Below, piece after piece: positions 1 through 13,079 of a stretch of 64,000 nucleotides of DNA (its first letter is position 1; the number at the start of each line of letters is the position of its first letter). Under the pieces are notes generated by a model. The model was not told the DNA's origin, did no database searches, and saw only the letters and a list, made by a program, of their open reading frames with translations. The DNA comes from Mobula hypostoma. Taxonomy: Eukaryota. The DNA lies in contig NC_086108.1 in NCBI RefSeq assembly GCF_963921235.1, positions 81,222,001-81,286,000 of the forward strand. The letters are read 5' to 3'. A program made the position numbers and the translations under genes.

Positions 1-596
1 AGCAAGGAGATAATGCTGAGGCTTTATAAGACACTAGTCAGACTGCACTTGCAGTATAGTCAACAGTTTTGAGCCCTTATCTCAGAAAGGATGTGTTGTC
101 ATTGGACAGAGTCTAGAGGATGTTCGCGAGGATGACTCCAAGAATAAAGGGGTTAACATATGAGTGTTTGGCAGCTTTGGGCCTGTACTTACTGGAATCT
201 AGAAGAAAGTGGGAGGGGGAATCTCATTGAAAGCTACCCAATGTTGAAAGGACTAAATAGGGTGGATGTGGAGAGGATGTTTCCTATGGTGGGTGTCCAA
301 AACTGGAAGGCACAGCCTCAAAACTGAGATGCAACCCTTTATAATAGAAGTAAGAAGAAAAGAATAGTAAATCTGTGGAATGCTCTGCCACAGACTGCAG
401 TGGAGGCCAAGTCGGTGGGTATATTTAAGGTGGAAGCTGATCATTTCCTAATTGTTCAGGGCATCAAATGGTATGGTGAGAAGTCAGGTGAATGAGGTTG
501 AGTGGGATCCAAGGTCAAACATGATGGAATGGTGGAGCAGACTCGACAGGATGAACAGCCTAATTTGGCTCCTATGTCTTTTGGTCTGATGGTCTT
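1..596 (+). mobile_element. CR1 LINE 3' fragment (decayed ORF2 end plus 3' UTR), truncated by the window start
   Basis: Decayed MLRLYKTLVRLHLQY-type CR1 ORF2 tail, a gtaaatctgtggaat motif, and a terminal repeat-like tcttttggtctgatggtctt. Aligns by eye with copies at 43992 and 63520. Confidence 0.9.
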
Positions 597-1317
597 AACA
601 TTTATACTGTTTTTTTTTGTTAAATGGCATGATCTGCATGTGATATTTTCCAGATACCTTTTCTGGGAGAAAGGAAGTTACACAGATGGCCTAAGAGCTT
701 CTGAGGACAATGGTGCAAATAACTTAGCTGTATTTGTCTGGTTTAATGTATGCCAATTAACATAGCCCCGTTGTCTTGCACTTGACTAATGCAGGTAAGA
801 AGTCTCATGGTCACTTCAGTTTGCAAACCGCATTTCTTAGCAGCCAGCACAAGTGTCTTTTTAACTTCAAACAGATTTTTGCCTGCAATTTATATTAATA
901 ACTGAAGAGAGTTCTTGTTTACTGCAAGAAGTTGAGCAAGGAATATTTGTTAAAAGTTTAACTTATCACTCAAACTCTGACCCTTTGGAAAGCTCAGTCT
1001 GCTGTAGTAGAAAGCTGAGGTTAGCAATAAGCCTCTCTGGACTTGGAAAGCGAACATCCATCACAAGAGCACCCTCCACTCACAGGAAGCCGACGAGGGA
1101 AACATGCCTCAGTGGCAGCCTATTCTGACTGGAGTCATCATTGCTGTTCTGGCAAACAAGCATTATTGCCTTACCCTAATTGACGACCGCGACATCTTTC
1201 TTGCGTCTCCAGCATACCTGTGGTCATCTCCAGACCAGAGAACCCTGAGCCTGGTGGTGATTCTGGCAGCCGCTGATAAAATATGGGCATCAGATTCAAG
1301 AGGCAATGGACTTTAGA

Positions 1318-1420
1318 TCAGGATGAAGGGTCATGGGCTTGAAACGTTATGTCTGTTTCTCCGTCAACAGATATTGCCTGGCCTGCTGAGTATTCTTATC
1401 ATTTTCTGTTTTTGATTCAG
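1318..1420 (+). mobile_element. Decayed Penelope-like terminal repeat with hammerhead relic
   Basis: gatgaagggtcatgggcttgaaacgtt followed by cagatattgcctggcctgctgagtatt, resembling the 56914-57040 family. Confidence 0.6.
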
Positions 1421-2661
1421 GAATCCTTTTCTTGCTGAAGTGAGATCAAAGGATTCCAAATACTATTTAGCAGTTTTCCTAATCCTGTCCTGAGTGCCTA
1501 TAATTTGTGTTAAAAAAATTAAAGGACTGGCTGAAGGTCTGCACAGTGTGGACGTGGAGCTTCCCTTACTCCAGTATCACTTCTCTGAGCGCATGTGAAG
1601 AACATGAGTTAGTGTTTTCTCACTTTAATGTCCGGAAAAGTAACCCACAAGGACAATTAGGGAAAGGCAATAATGCCTCATTTGCCAGACAAGCAACGAT
1701 GACCCTAGTCAGAGTGAGCTGCTGCTTAGGCGTATTTATCTGGTTGGCCTCACTTGGTGAAAAGTTCAGAGCCAGTTCTTATTTGCAATACAATACTACC
1801 TGTAATACAGTAAAACTGCGAAAGAAAGGAAAATAGACCAGGGTAAAGTCACTTGCTTCCCTTACACATGTTGCACCATTTGATAACATCCCAATGAATG
1901 GAGATTAAGATTGCAAACTGGAATGGAAATGGCCTTTGAAACTTTAGGCATGATACTGTGAGTTTAATTAGTTTCATCTGAGACTGCTCAGACATGGAAT
2001 AGCCCATTTTCCCACACTGCTATTCCTTGTACAAAATCCATCCTTTAGCTGCAACGGAGTAAAAGCTGGGATATTTTCTTGGCAGGCCAGGCTGAATTTA
2101 CAACTGCTCACAGTCAGTGGGTGGAAAGTCTAGCACATCAGTGCTGAGCTAAATGGATGGTGAGGTGAAATAGAGGCATTTGTTTCCATATAGCCTTTAA
2201 GCCAAGGAATGTTACTGTTGGCTGATAGACATATTTCGAGCCATCTGCTTCACTTACTCTTTGACATAATTGTTGACATGTCCTATTAGTTTTGCCTTTT
2301 TCATTATTCACTTACTTCCTGCAGAATTGTATTACTTTTGTCCTTCAGATGAATGTGTTTTCACTTCAGAGTTAAATGAAATCACATCTCCCATGCTGCA
2401 AGGAATATAAACACACAAAATGTAGACAGCACTGCTTCATGAATGTGTTGTGGCGCTGAACCGTACATAACCCAGCTAACAACTCTAATAGTGCACCATG
2501 ACCTTGGGTGATTAAATTTCAAGCAAATATCTCATTATAGTAATGTAAGTAAAACCAGTGTAAATGTCAGTGCAAATTGATATTCATTGTGCCTGTTTAT
2601 CAAATATAATGTGGATCAGAAATGAAGCACTAGCTCGCTAGCTCTTATAGTCTGAGCAAGC

Positions 2662-3055
2662 TATGGTTTTCTCCTTGGAGCAAAGGAGGATGAGAGGTAA
2701 CTTGACAGAGTGAACAAGGTGATAAGAGGCATAGATTGATTGGATATCCGGAGACCTTTTTCCCAGCGTGGAATGGCAAATACAAGGGGAGCATAATTTT
2801 AAGGTGACTGGCGGGGTGTTAGATGTAAGTTCTTTACACAGAGTGTGGAAAGCTCTGCCCCAGGGTTAGTAGCCGAGGCAGATACATTAGGGGCATTTAA
2901 GAAACTCTGATATATGCATAAGGATGACAGAAAAATGGAGGGCTCTGTAGGAGGGAAGGTTTAGATTGATCTTAAAGTAGGCTTAAAGGATGGCAAAACA
3001 TTGTGAGCTGAAGGGTCTGTACTGTGTTGTAATGTTCTCTATTTTATGTTCTATG
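2662..3055 (+). mobile_element. CR1 LINE 3' fragment
   Basis: ttctccttggagcaaaggaggatgagaggt (FSLEQRRMRG), 3' UTR and ttatgttctatg tail. Similar to 59240-59645. Confidence 0.85.
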
Positions 3056-3449
3056 AAATGGTGCTAATAAAGCAGTGGGGTTTGGGGGGGGGGAGGGTGC
3101 TTGTCTGAATCCATCGTAGATGCATTGGCCCCCTCAATGTTTTCAAGTGGCCACCCTGTGAGAGGTTGCTGGAAGAAGCGACCACCCTCTCGGGCTTCTG
3201 TAATAAAAATGAAGTCTTCCAGTCACAGAGTGACTGCATGATCACAGGATGCCCCAAAGTACTCTAGAGTCATTGCTTCAGAAAGCACAATCACTGCTAA
3301 AGTGTAGGAAAGAGGTCTGACAGTTAATGGATGACCCCTTGCTGGAGTTAATCAGTAAAGAGCAAGACAGTCACTGGACTTGCTACACATATAATTCTTC
3401 TGCTGGCTAAGTTAACCTTTCTTTAAGGGGATATTGCGTTAGTTCCAGG

Positions 3450-3653
3450 AAGACAAACTTTTTACACAGAGAGTGATGGGTGCTGCCAGAGGTGGAGGTA
3501 GAGGCAGGGGCAGTTGGGTCATGGAAGAAACTTTTAGATGGGCACATAGTTGATTGAAAAATGGAGGGCTCTGTAGGAAGGGAGGTTTAGAGTAGGTCTA
3601 AAATTTTGGCAAAACATTGTGGACCAAAGAGCCTACAATGTTCTATGTTCAAT
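3450..3653 (+). mobile_element. CR1 LINE 3' fragment
   Basis: tttttacacagagagtgatgggtg ... aaaatggagggct ... atgttctatgttc tail. Same subfamily as 2662-3055. Confidence 0.8.
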
Positions 3654-5074
3654 GCAATTGGCCAGATATTAATGGTTTTGCTTAACTGGCAGCTCAGCTT
3701 AATGCTGTGACGAGGTCTGCACACCAGTTTCCATTGCCCTTGAGCTTCTCAGCGTGGTGTACATTGTTAATGTGCACAGGGGCATTCTCCTCCCTGCCGT
3801 CCACAACAATCATTAAGGACATATTTCTATAGGCCTACATGCATAACATGGCCGCCTAGGAATAATCAAATTTAAGTTCCTGCACACCCCGGGGTCTTGT
3901 TCTGTCACATCTGAACCCAGATGTTGTTCTCTACTTCTGTGCACTTCCTGGAGGCCCAGGTTAATCTTTGCCAAAAGATTGCATGTTTGGTCACACTCTC
4001 CGTTGAAGGCTGCCCGGTGTGAATTTCACTAAAGAGAGGCGGCAAGCATTTAAAACATACATACATAAACTGGCTTCCTGATGGTTTAGTAGGTGAATGC
4101 ACTGCCTTCATCTCTGTTGAATTAATGGGTCTCAGCTGGAATAATAATGAATCTACAGCTGAGTTCAGCCCCACAAGCTAGGAAGAAGAGAAGCCATTGA
4201 ATGTTCCTGCTTCTGATTGCTAATGCAAGACAATAAGGGGTCAAGCTCAAGACCTTACCCAGCCCTTCACTGCTGAACAACACAGTGGGACCCTTTGAAT
4301 TTATACTTACCGAATAGCAACATCGTGCAGGATGATTATGTTGCGTCAGCAGGCCACTAAAATGATTGTCCAGTTTACATTTGCTATGATTTCCCATCGG
4401 CTCAGAAGTTAAAAAGAGAGAACAGGTAAAGTGGGTGTAATCCTATTCATCTCCTTCTACCGAGTTGAAGTGGAGGGAATGATATCAGAAGGATAAGACA
4501 AGAAACCTGTACAGTAATATTGAGGCATAGAATCAGCTCCATATGACGTTGATCTGTCTTCATTATGTTGAGTACTGTGAGTCACTCAATAATGTGATAA
4601 GAAATAGATCATGGAACGAGTGCTGTATTCCCAGAATCACAAGCAACCCTTGAACTTATTGATAGTGTTTCTCTCTACATCTCCATATGGTCTGTGGTTT
4701 CATTTGTTGATGAGAAATATTACAATGAAATATTAACAGCTAATTGCCCAAATATGCTCTACTACTGGCCACTAACTAGATTGTAGAATGGTGTTTGGCA
4801 TTTCCTGAGCATTTAATTGGTAAAATTATTTCCAGTAAGTGTAATGACCTGCCCCAAATGGTTGATTAGTCTGAAAAATGCTCCTTCAATATTTATAATG
4901 TCCAGTCCAATATTTAGTGGATAATGGTTAACTTAAATTCATTGCTTGTTAGTTATGATTCCAGCTTTATTATTTATACAAAATGCTGGATATTTTTCTG
5001 GCTGCTGTTAACCTTTTCCAGGCAACTGGCTTTTAAGCAGCAAGGATGACAGACTTATTTGCATGACCTTTAAT

Positions 5075-5496
5075 GGCTCTGTGCCTGTACTCACTGGAGT
5101 TTAGAAGAATGAGGGGGGTTCTCATTAAAACCTATTGAATATTGAAGGGCCGAGGTAAAGTGAACATGGAGAGGATGTTTCTTATAGTGGGGGAGTCGAG
5201 GACCCGAGGGTGCAGACTCAGAATACAAGGCCATCTCTTTAGAATAGAGATGAGAAGAATTTCTTTAGCCAGAGGGTGGTGAATCTGTTGAATTCTTTGT
5301 CACCGGTGGCTGTGAAGGTCAAATCCTTAAACTGGAGGTTCATAGGATCTTGATCAATAGAAATGTCAAGGATTAAAGGGAAAATGCAGGGGAATGAGTT
5401 TGAGAGGGTTAATAAATCAGCCATGATGGAATGGCGGTACAGACTCAATGTGCCGAATGGCCTAATTCTGCTTTCCTATGTCTCATGGTCTTATGG
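5075..5496 (+). mobile_element. CR1 LINE 3' fragment
   Basis: ctgtactcactggagtttagaagaatgagg (LYSLEFRRMR), ttctttagccagagggtggtgaatctg, and a (TCTTATGG)-like tail. Confidence 0.9.
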
Positions 5497-5899
5497 CCTT
5501 CTTTGAAGCTTCACTGCCTGCTATACTCTTTGGTCATCTATGTACTGTGTTAACAGCTCAAAATAAAAGGCACCTGGGATCTTCACACATACAGGATGGA
5601 TGTTTACTGAGGCACCTTCACTCTAGAGATTAATATCAGGTCTATTTTTGATAGTCTGTGTGAAAGAATATGTAAGGACTTTCACTCCATTTTGTCAGCT
5701 ATATTGACTGAACCGCAGAGTAATAGAATGCCTGCTCTAGGGCCTGGAAAAGATAGCACAACAGACTATTCCAAGTTACCACTGTTGTCTGTTTTTAGTT
5801 ATCACCCTCCCCGCCCCCCCACACAGCTAAAGATTTTTTGATTCTTTCGTGGTTTATTGTCCATCCTAAATGACCCTTGAACAATGACTTTGCAGTCTG

Positions 5900-6050
5900 T
5901 TAACTTATAAGAAGTGGTGCCGCAGACTACCTCAGCATATCACTCTTTATACAAGCAGCTCAGAAAGGCCTTCAATTTCCTTCTTTGGGTGACCTGTGGA
6001 TGGGCAATAAATGCTGGACAGCCAGTGATCAACGCGACTGAAGAATGAAG
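5900..6050 (+). mobile_element. Old CR1-like 3' end (second family)
   Basis: ggatgggcaataaatgctgg..gccagtga terminal motif, also seen at ~56095-56120. Confidence 0.5.
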
Positions 6051-7073
6051 TAGGGAAAAAAATGGAGGTTGGCCACACCTAATTGCTCTGTCAATGTGAG
6101 TCAGCCCAAGGTTTGTAACAGGGGTAGTTTGTAATTGCTAATTTGCCCGCATTTAGCAGAGAGGAAAAAAAAATCAAAGGTATGTCCAGAACAGATCAAA
6201 ATAATTGAGTTATCGTCCTTAAAATAAATAACAAACCACATTCTTGTGTTGGTCAAAATGACCTCAGGTTTTCAGCATTTTGGTTAATACCTTAGTCTGT
6301 GACTGAAGCAGCTGCATTTTCCAAAACAGAGCAGGAATAGAATTCTAAATTCAAATTTAATGCTAACCTCCAGAGAAAAGGTTTAAGAAATTATTCATCC
6401 CTTTATTTGATTCTGTGTAGTACATAGCATTTCATACTCAAGGGACTATCCATTAGAACCTGTCCAGTTCACTGAGATCACATAAAACGTGAAATATGCC
6501 ATATGCCAATCTGTGACCTCATATTCGACTTCAGTCCTTTAATGACTAATCTATCCATTTTGCTGACATACAGCTGTAAGCATGCAAGCCAGCCTTTGGG
6601 AAGCAATAGTGGCAGTTGTGGTAATCAATGGTAATATATTGTTCAGTAAATAACAAATTCTTAAATTTCTATCATTTCTAATATGGCTTCAGAAGAGATA
6701 CATTCAAGCCTCAGAAATGCCTACTGGTTATTGGAATGCTTTTGACCCACAGTCTCTTCCTGAGAAGCTAGCAGTAATTCTAGTGAGACCTTTAATCAAT
6801 CAAGGCAGTATTGATCTGTATCCACCTTGCACACCTCCAGTGTAGTTCCCATTGCCAGACTTGAGGATCACAATCCTGCATGGCATGGAGCTGTGAAATT
6901 TGAAATCAGAATTAATTGGTTTAGTTGAGTTGCAATTGCTGAGTCAAATCCATTCAACTGGCTTCTGGATTTCCATAACTCAAGTCCTCTCCCCAATCTT
7001 GGCACAGAAGTCATCTTCAGTTTAGTATGAAGTCTGAAAACAATCTTGCGAAATTTTGTCCCAGATCTTACTG

Positions 7074-7365
7074 CGCGCGCACACACACAGATATTGCAAC
7101 ATAGATATGGACACATATGCAGAATCACGGATGCAGTCACACTCACAAAACATACACATTTGCACACACACATATCACAAACTCGGAAATAAACGTGGGA
7201 ACACACAAACGCAAACAAACACATAGACATACTTTATGCACAGAAATACAGACATGGATACACAGTCAGACATACACATAGACACACAGAAACTTCCACA
7301 TGTAGACACACAATCACACAAGCACAAAAACGTACTCAAGCACACACTCACAAACGTAGTACACT
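7074..7365. repeat. Degenerate (CA)n-rich low-complexity tract
   Basis: gcgcgcgcacacacacag followed by about 290 bp of interrupted CA/ACAC runs. Confidence 0.85.
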
Positions 7366-8624
7366 CCAAATATTGAATATGAAGCACTGCTGCTTTATCA
7401 AGGCTATTTTTGTTGTACAAAATAGTGCATGTTTGTACAACTATGTATAATTGGTTATGTTTAATGAATCTAACAAGGTATATAATATGGCTGGCATGAG
7501 TGAGGCAGTTAGTCAGTGATCTTCGATTACAATGACCTGGTGATTAGAACAGGAGCTTTAAACATCCAGATGTAAAAGCTGAAATGCCAGGACAATGAAA
7601 TTGCTGTGAAATTAGATAAATGAGAACCCTGGTATTTACTTTAAGGGTTTACTAGCCCACAGAGAGTGTGAGGCAATTATACAAATACCAGCTAACAAAA
7701 CAACCATATTTCACTACTGCTTGAACAGAAGGATATGATCAAAAAGTTTGCTTTATAATCAGCCATTTAAAGAATGTACTGATCTACAGATACCCTTGAT
7801 TGCAGCATATTGACTGCTAACTGGAAAGATACTGGAGTTTAGATTTATTTTTTTCTCTCACAAGTAAGCAAAGATATTTCCCCAATTACTAAGTGGCAAC
7901 AGGGTTATACATAAACTCTAGAAATGTTTAGACATAGTGTGAGGAGAACGTCATTCCACGGAGACTGTTTTTCCCATCAGCAATCTGCCAATATACAATA
8001 AGTAGATAATTAGTAAGTAGATAATTTCAAGCCCCTGTTCTACCAGGGCCACTAGCTTCAGTGTCAGCTGGGTTAACCAGACTGCAGCTGCAGGTTTCTA
8101 ACCACTTCCAGCTTGACTTGATTTCCTCGGCAGCACCCATTGTTGTTTCTACCACTCCAGCTGAGCTGAAGGATGGTTAGCCAGCTGTTACAGAGGCGGA
8201 TTATTGAAGAATGAGAATAATTTTCAAACATAATGCGCTGTGAAGAGTCGGAGGTTCTGTTTGTGTCTGAAGCCATTGCACATTGGTGGGAGTGGGAGGA
8301 GCCACTGACTTCCATCAGGCACAGCATGTAACAAAGTGATTAAATGCTTATAAAGGACAGCTTTATGATTTTACGGTTCAAGATTCCTACCAGTTGCAAA
8401 GAAAATTCGAGAAAAACATCTTTATTTCTACTGTTCCTTTCGGCAAAGTTCAGTTAGTGAATGGGCTGGTCGTGTGTTTGCCTTCTTAAAAGGTTAATTC
8501 AAAAAGAGATTAAGTTCTGTTGTTCTGTCATCTTATTTTTAATTTTTATGAAATATGTTGGTGCAAGCGCAGAAAGATGTTAATTTGTGCAAAGCTCCAA
8601 TGGAATATAGAACATTGAACAGTA

Positions 8625-8715
8625 CAGGCCCCTTGGCCTATAATGTTGCGCTGACTCTTTAACCTAATCTAAGATCCATCTAACCCTTCCCTACTACATA
8701 GCCCTCCATTTTCTT
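8625..8715 (-). mobile_element. CR1 LINE extreme 3' end
   Basis: Reverse complement of the 3' UTR seen at 2930-3055 (tagaacattgaacagtacaggccccttggc...ccctccattttt). Confidence 0.8.
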
Positions 8716-9212
8716 TCAGTAGTATGCTTACTGAGCAAAACGGCAAATAAATCAAGTCATATCTGAAGTATATTTCTTTTTGGAAAGCCATTTGGATTGG
8801 AAACTTCAAAATGAGAACCAATAACTGGCAGTTTGTAGGTTCACAGGACTGTTAGCCTCTTGAAAAGAATAGTGCTAAGCAAAAGCTTTTCTTTTGGAGT
8901 CACCACTGAGACTAATATCAAGATCACAGAGAGAACTACAGAAGGAAAGTAGCTATTCATGTTCAGGAATCTTGGCCCCAAGATGTTAATTACATTTTTA
9001 CGAGTTAATGTTTCCTGGTGTTTGTCTGTTTACCAAATTGTTTCTCAGTTCCTCTGAATTAATCTTTCATCCCATTCATCTCCTTCCATAGTTATGAGGT
9101 TCTCACTTTGTCTGAAGCTGCCTGCTGACACAATCCTATGGAAATAGAGGGACAATGTTTTCATTCACCATACTATTCCCAAGATCTGGATACTTCTATT
9201 GTGTTTAGCTAC

Positions 9213-9571
9213 TACTACTTACTTGCTGCCTGTTACGCCACGGGCATTTAGGGCAGCAGTGAAGGTCCTCCATCTCAGGGCTTCCTTCATCATGTCAGTA
9301 GCTTCCTCTTGGTTTTCACTACTGTCAGTCATGTGATGTAGAAGAATTCTTCATCGCTGTTTCTGTAACAATTTTGTTTTACCAGTTGGGGCTGTTAGCC
9401 CTGAGCTGAACCTCCGAACCTGGAGGACTGGCTCTACCCTTGGACCAGTTTGGCATGGGTGACCCTACCAAGAGCCAAAGCGTAAAGCCCTGACTCCAGC
9501 CAACGTAGCTCTCTGGGTCACTGAGGCACGCAAGCCTCCAAACCACGACAAGGTTGTGGTCTCCTTAGAGG
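9213..9571 (-). mobile_element. Non-autonomous bipartite RTE-clade retroelement (5' UTR fused to 3' end), full length with TSD
   Basis: 14-bp TSD ttgtgtttagctac (9199-9212) / ttgcgtttagctac (9572-9585). The minus strand starts with an RTE-type 5' UTR (accttgtcgtggt..gaggcttgcgtgcctc..ggtagggtcacccatgcc) and ends with RWRTFTAALNARGVTGSK* and a (TAG)n tail. Confidence 0.8.
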
Positions 9572-9614
9572 TTGCGTTTAGCTACCCAGAACTAAACCCT
9601 CCACTTCTCCTCTC

Positions 9615-9885
9615 CTCTGTCTATGTGGAGTTTGCACGCTCACCCTTTAACTTTGCGGATTTCCCTCATCTGTTTTGGCTTCTTCTTCTTACATCCCTGT
9701 GATGAGCTTTTTAGTGAATTAATTGACTGCTCTACACTGCCCCGAATGAGGGTGTGTGACTGGGGAATCAGGGTGAAAGGCGTTGTGGGGGTGAAGAGCT
9801 TGCAGGAAAGCTCCTGGGAGAACGGAACTGAGCGGATTGTTTTGACAGCTGGCAGAGATTAGATAGGCTGAATGGCCTCCATTTC
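9615..9885 (+). mobile_element. V-SINE (HE1-like) fragment with CR1-derived tail
   Basis: Decayed V-domain ctgtctatgtggagtttgcacg..taattgac..tgcccc, ending in a CR1-type ggctgaatggcctcc. Confidence 0.7.
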
Positions 9886-10647
9886 TTCACAAGGAAATGT
9901 GGGAAATATGAATGTTTAAGTTGACAGGAAACTTCATCAGTGATGCTCACATCACTGTTTGCAGTCCTGTTGTACAAATTGCCCTGAGCTGCATGCTGAG
10001 GCTTCCTGCCCTTGATCTGCCCATGTGCGTATGCAGAGCACTGATGTCTACTACACATGATTTATTGGAATAACTCGTAGTAAAATATTCAACTTCTCAA
10101 CAGACTTAAGCTAATCTCAAAAAGCAGAGAAGTCATCAAAGGCAGATGGAAAATAAACCAAGTTATTGCTACATACTGTACAGTTACAAATGTTTTTGGC
10201 CAAGCAGTATTTATTAAGTAATGATATTCCAGCGATTCTAATTTATTTTGAGAAATATTTGCTGAATCCTGTAAATTGACATTAATTTCACAGATTTATT
10301 GAACATTACACTACTGGATCCAATGGGACCATTGCAGTCGAAGCCTTGGTTAAATTAAACAAAATTTCTGGCCTTCAGGCAGTACTGCCACCTATTGTGA
10401 ACTGAATCCAAAGTCCCAAGACTGTATTTTCCTATAGATTTACTGGCAGCTGAACCATGTCAAAGATCAGGCACTATTTTCCTTGTTTCTTTTAGTACTC
10501 CTAGAAAATTGCAAACACCATCAGCTGACATCTACACTGTGGAGTCCACAGGCTGATTGATTCAGGTGGGAAGAACATTCTGGGCTACTTTTACATTACA
10601 CAACAGTTGAAAGTGCCATGATACAAATGTACATCTGTTACAAAATT

Positions 10648-10765
10648 ATAAGACCATAAGATCTGAGATATAGGAGCAGAGTTAGGCCATTTGGCCCATC
10701 GAGTCTGCTCTACCATTTCATCATGGCTGATCCATTTTTCCTCTCAGCTCCAATCTCCTGCCTCA
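10648..10765 (-). mobile_element. CR1 LINE 3' end
   Basis: ataagaccataaga..taggagcagagttaggccatttggcccatcgagtctgct is the reverse complement of the TCTTATGG-tailed 3' UTR. Confidence 0.85.
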
Positions 10766-10804
10766 TGTCTGAGCCATTATAACGCAGTATTCTGAACGCA
10801 TCTA

Positions 10805-11032
10805 CTGAAATAAATTCTTTAGCCAAAGGGTGGTGGATCTATTGAATTCATTGCCACAGACAGCTGTGCAGGCCGAGTGATTAGCTATATTTAAGGCAGA
10901 GGTTGATAGATTCTTGATTATTCAGGGAGTCAAAGGTTATGGGGAAAAGGCAGCAGAATGGGGTTGAGAGGGATAATAAATCAGTCATGATGGAATGGCA
11001 GAGCAGACTCAATGAGCCAAATTACCTAATTC
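10805..11032 (+). mobile_element. CR1 LINE 3' fragment
   Basis: ttctttagccaaagggtggtgga..ggttgagagggataataaatcag..gcagactcaatgagcc. Matches 5260-5470. Confidence 0.85.
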
Positions 11033-13079
11033 TAAAATTCTTCTGCTGGAATGTTCCAGTTTGCATAATGTGGAGTATGTTATGGATGGGAGGGAAAGTC
11101 GGGAAGTGTATGATGTGATTTGGCAGCTTCCGTTCCTTGAACATTGCAACAAAGCAGACAATGTGTACAAAACAGTAACAATGGCACTTAACATGTTTTT
11201 TTTCCCTTTGAGCTTCTCAGTCTTATATTGAAAAGATCAAATGAATCTGATTTATTGATTCACACTGAAGGTTATGGAGCATATCTAGTCTTGCCCTTTG
11301 AGCGCAGCATGGCTCCTCTTGGTCTTTCTAAACCTGAAACAACTGCCCAAAAAAAGAAGTCACCACATATGAATAAAAATAAAGAACAGGATGAAAATGA
11401 CCCAGCAGTGTCTCTTTTCCAGTAGTTACCTTTTAAAGGAGTCACCAGTTACATCATCGTCCTGCTTACAGAAAACAGAATGAAAACTACACTGCTGCCT
11501 TTGTGATGTCAGTCAAGGTCCAGGGCAAACGATCCTTCATAAATTCAGGAGGAAAAGTGTTTCTCCATGAGACAGTTCCTACCTTGCAATGGCATGAGAG
11601 AATATTAAGATAACCTTCAGTCTAACTTGACAACTAAATGCCATTATATCAAAATAGAGAACATGATTGTGGTTCCAGTTATGCGACAGAGATCACCAAG
11701 GACAGTGCAATTTGGAAAACTATTCATCCTATATCAAGAGCTTAATATACAGTTTGATTTCTAGCCTTTTCCTCTTCTCCATGACGTCATGTTAAGCTTT
11801 AGCTTCAGTTCCTTAAATAATCTAACGACATCTTTAAAAGAACAACCAAATGAGAGAAGGAAGAAAGTCATGCAATTCTATTTAAAAAAATGGATCTACA
11901 TAGGGGATTTTGTCCCCTCAGGTTATTTAACAAAGTATTAGCTCAAATGTTTGCAGTTTGTTATTGATATTTAATCAACACAACTGGTTTTAAATGTGCA
12001 AAATTTTAATAAGAGCATTAAATTCTTTGAAAATTATTACTAATATTTGCTACTTAAGAACAATCAAGAGTAGTGTAATTGCATTGAGAACACAGTGAAT
12101 GTTTTGTAGTTCTCTTTGTTAATATGTCGCCTTTAAATAAACCATCGGTGGTTAAAATGCTGAGCATATGACCTCTAAAAAGCTGCAAGGAGTCATACGG
12201 CATTGCCTCCTTCCCCATTTTGCATGATTATCTTCCAATTCTTTGTTGAGATTGCTAACTTACCATTTGTGAAACTGTGTATGGTAACTCTGACCTTATA
12301 GATTTATGGTATATGAAGCCCGACTTCCAGTATACTGTACCATAATGCTGAATAAACTGTTAGAAATATGGTTTGAGTTTGCATGGTTCTTCTTAAACTT
12401 CCAAAGCAGAACGTTCATTCTCAGGTTGTCAAAGGGGAACAACTCCTGTTCCTGCTGAACTGAGCCAGTGCAGACGATATCAACTGTTATCAGCTCAGTA
12501 GGCACAGGAGGTTGAGCCCAGATCTTCCAGTTGTCGACATTGCTTTTGTTGGTGACCTAGGTATATTCAAGCCGTTGATTATCAACACAACCAGAGGAGC
12601 TGTGTCTTCTGGGGACCTGGCCATCTTTAAACAAGGACCAGGATAACATTCTTAATTGATAAATAAAGGCTTGATGGAATGGAAAAACTTGGAAGTATTT
12701 TGGAGATTCAGCCACAGGTCAAAACTCTACCCTAATACCATTAGGTGCGATACAGTTATCTGTAAGTCAATACTGCATAATATGCGATTGGCTATTCAAT
12801 ACTGTTGTACAGCTTCAGGAATGCATCATCCACTCTGATCTTGCCCTCATTTGTCACTCGTTACATGATAGTGCCTCTGAACAAGTAAAATTAAATTAAT
12901 CTGAATGATCATTATCCTATTACAGAGTCATTTATTAATCAGGATGCTATTAACTTACTAACAGCAGTAGGTAAAACAAACATTATTGGTGATATTAGTA
13001 GCTGTATGGTTTGGTCAGGGTTGGCCAGAAATGGGAACATGTCCAAGAAAGTTCAGCAAAGTTAAAATTCTTTAGGGAT

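Noticed and set aside
654..794. Exon-like segment bounded by ttttccag and caggtaag
   Set aside because: All three frames contain stops. A non-coding exon cannot be shown from sequence alone.
1104..1316. 70-aa ORF with hydrophobic stretches
   Set aside because: No recognisable family or gene context, and it ends at a Penelope relic.
6868..7420. Cys/Val-rich minus-strand ORFs (120 and 81 aa)
   Set aside because: These are translations of a degenerate (TG)n microsatellite.
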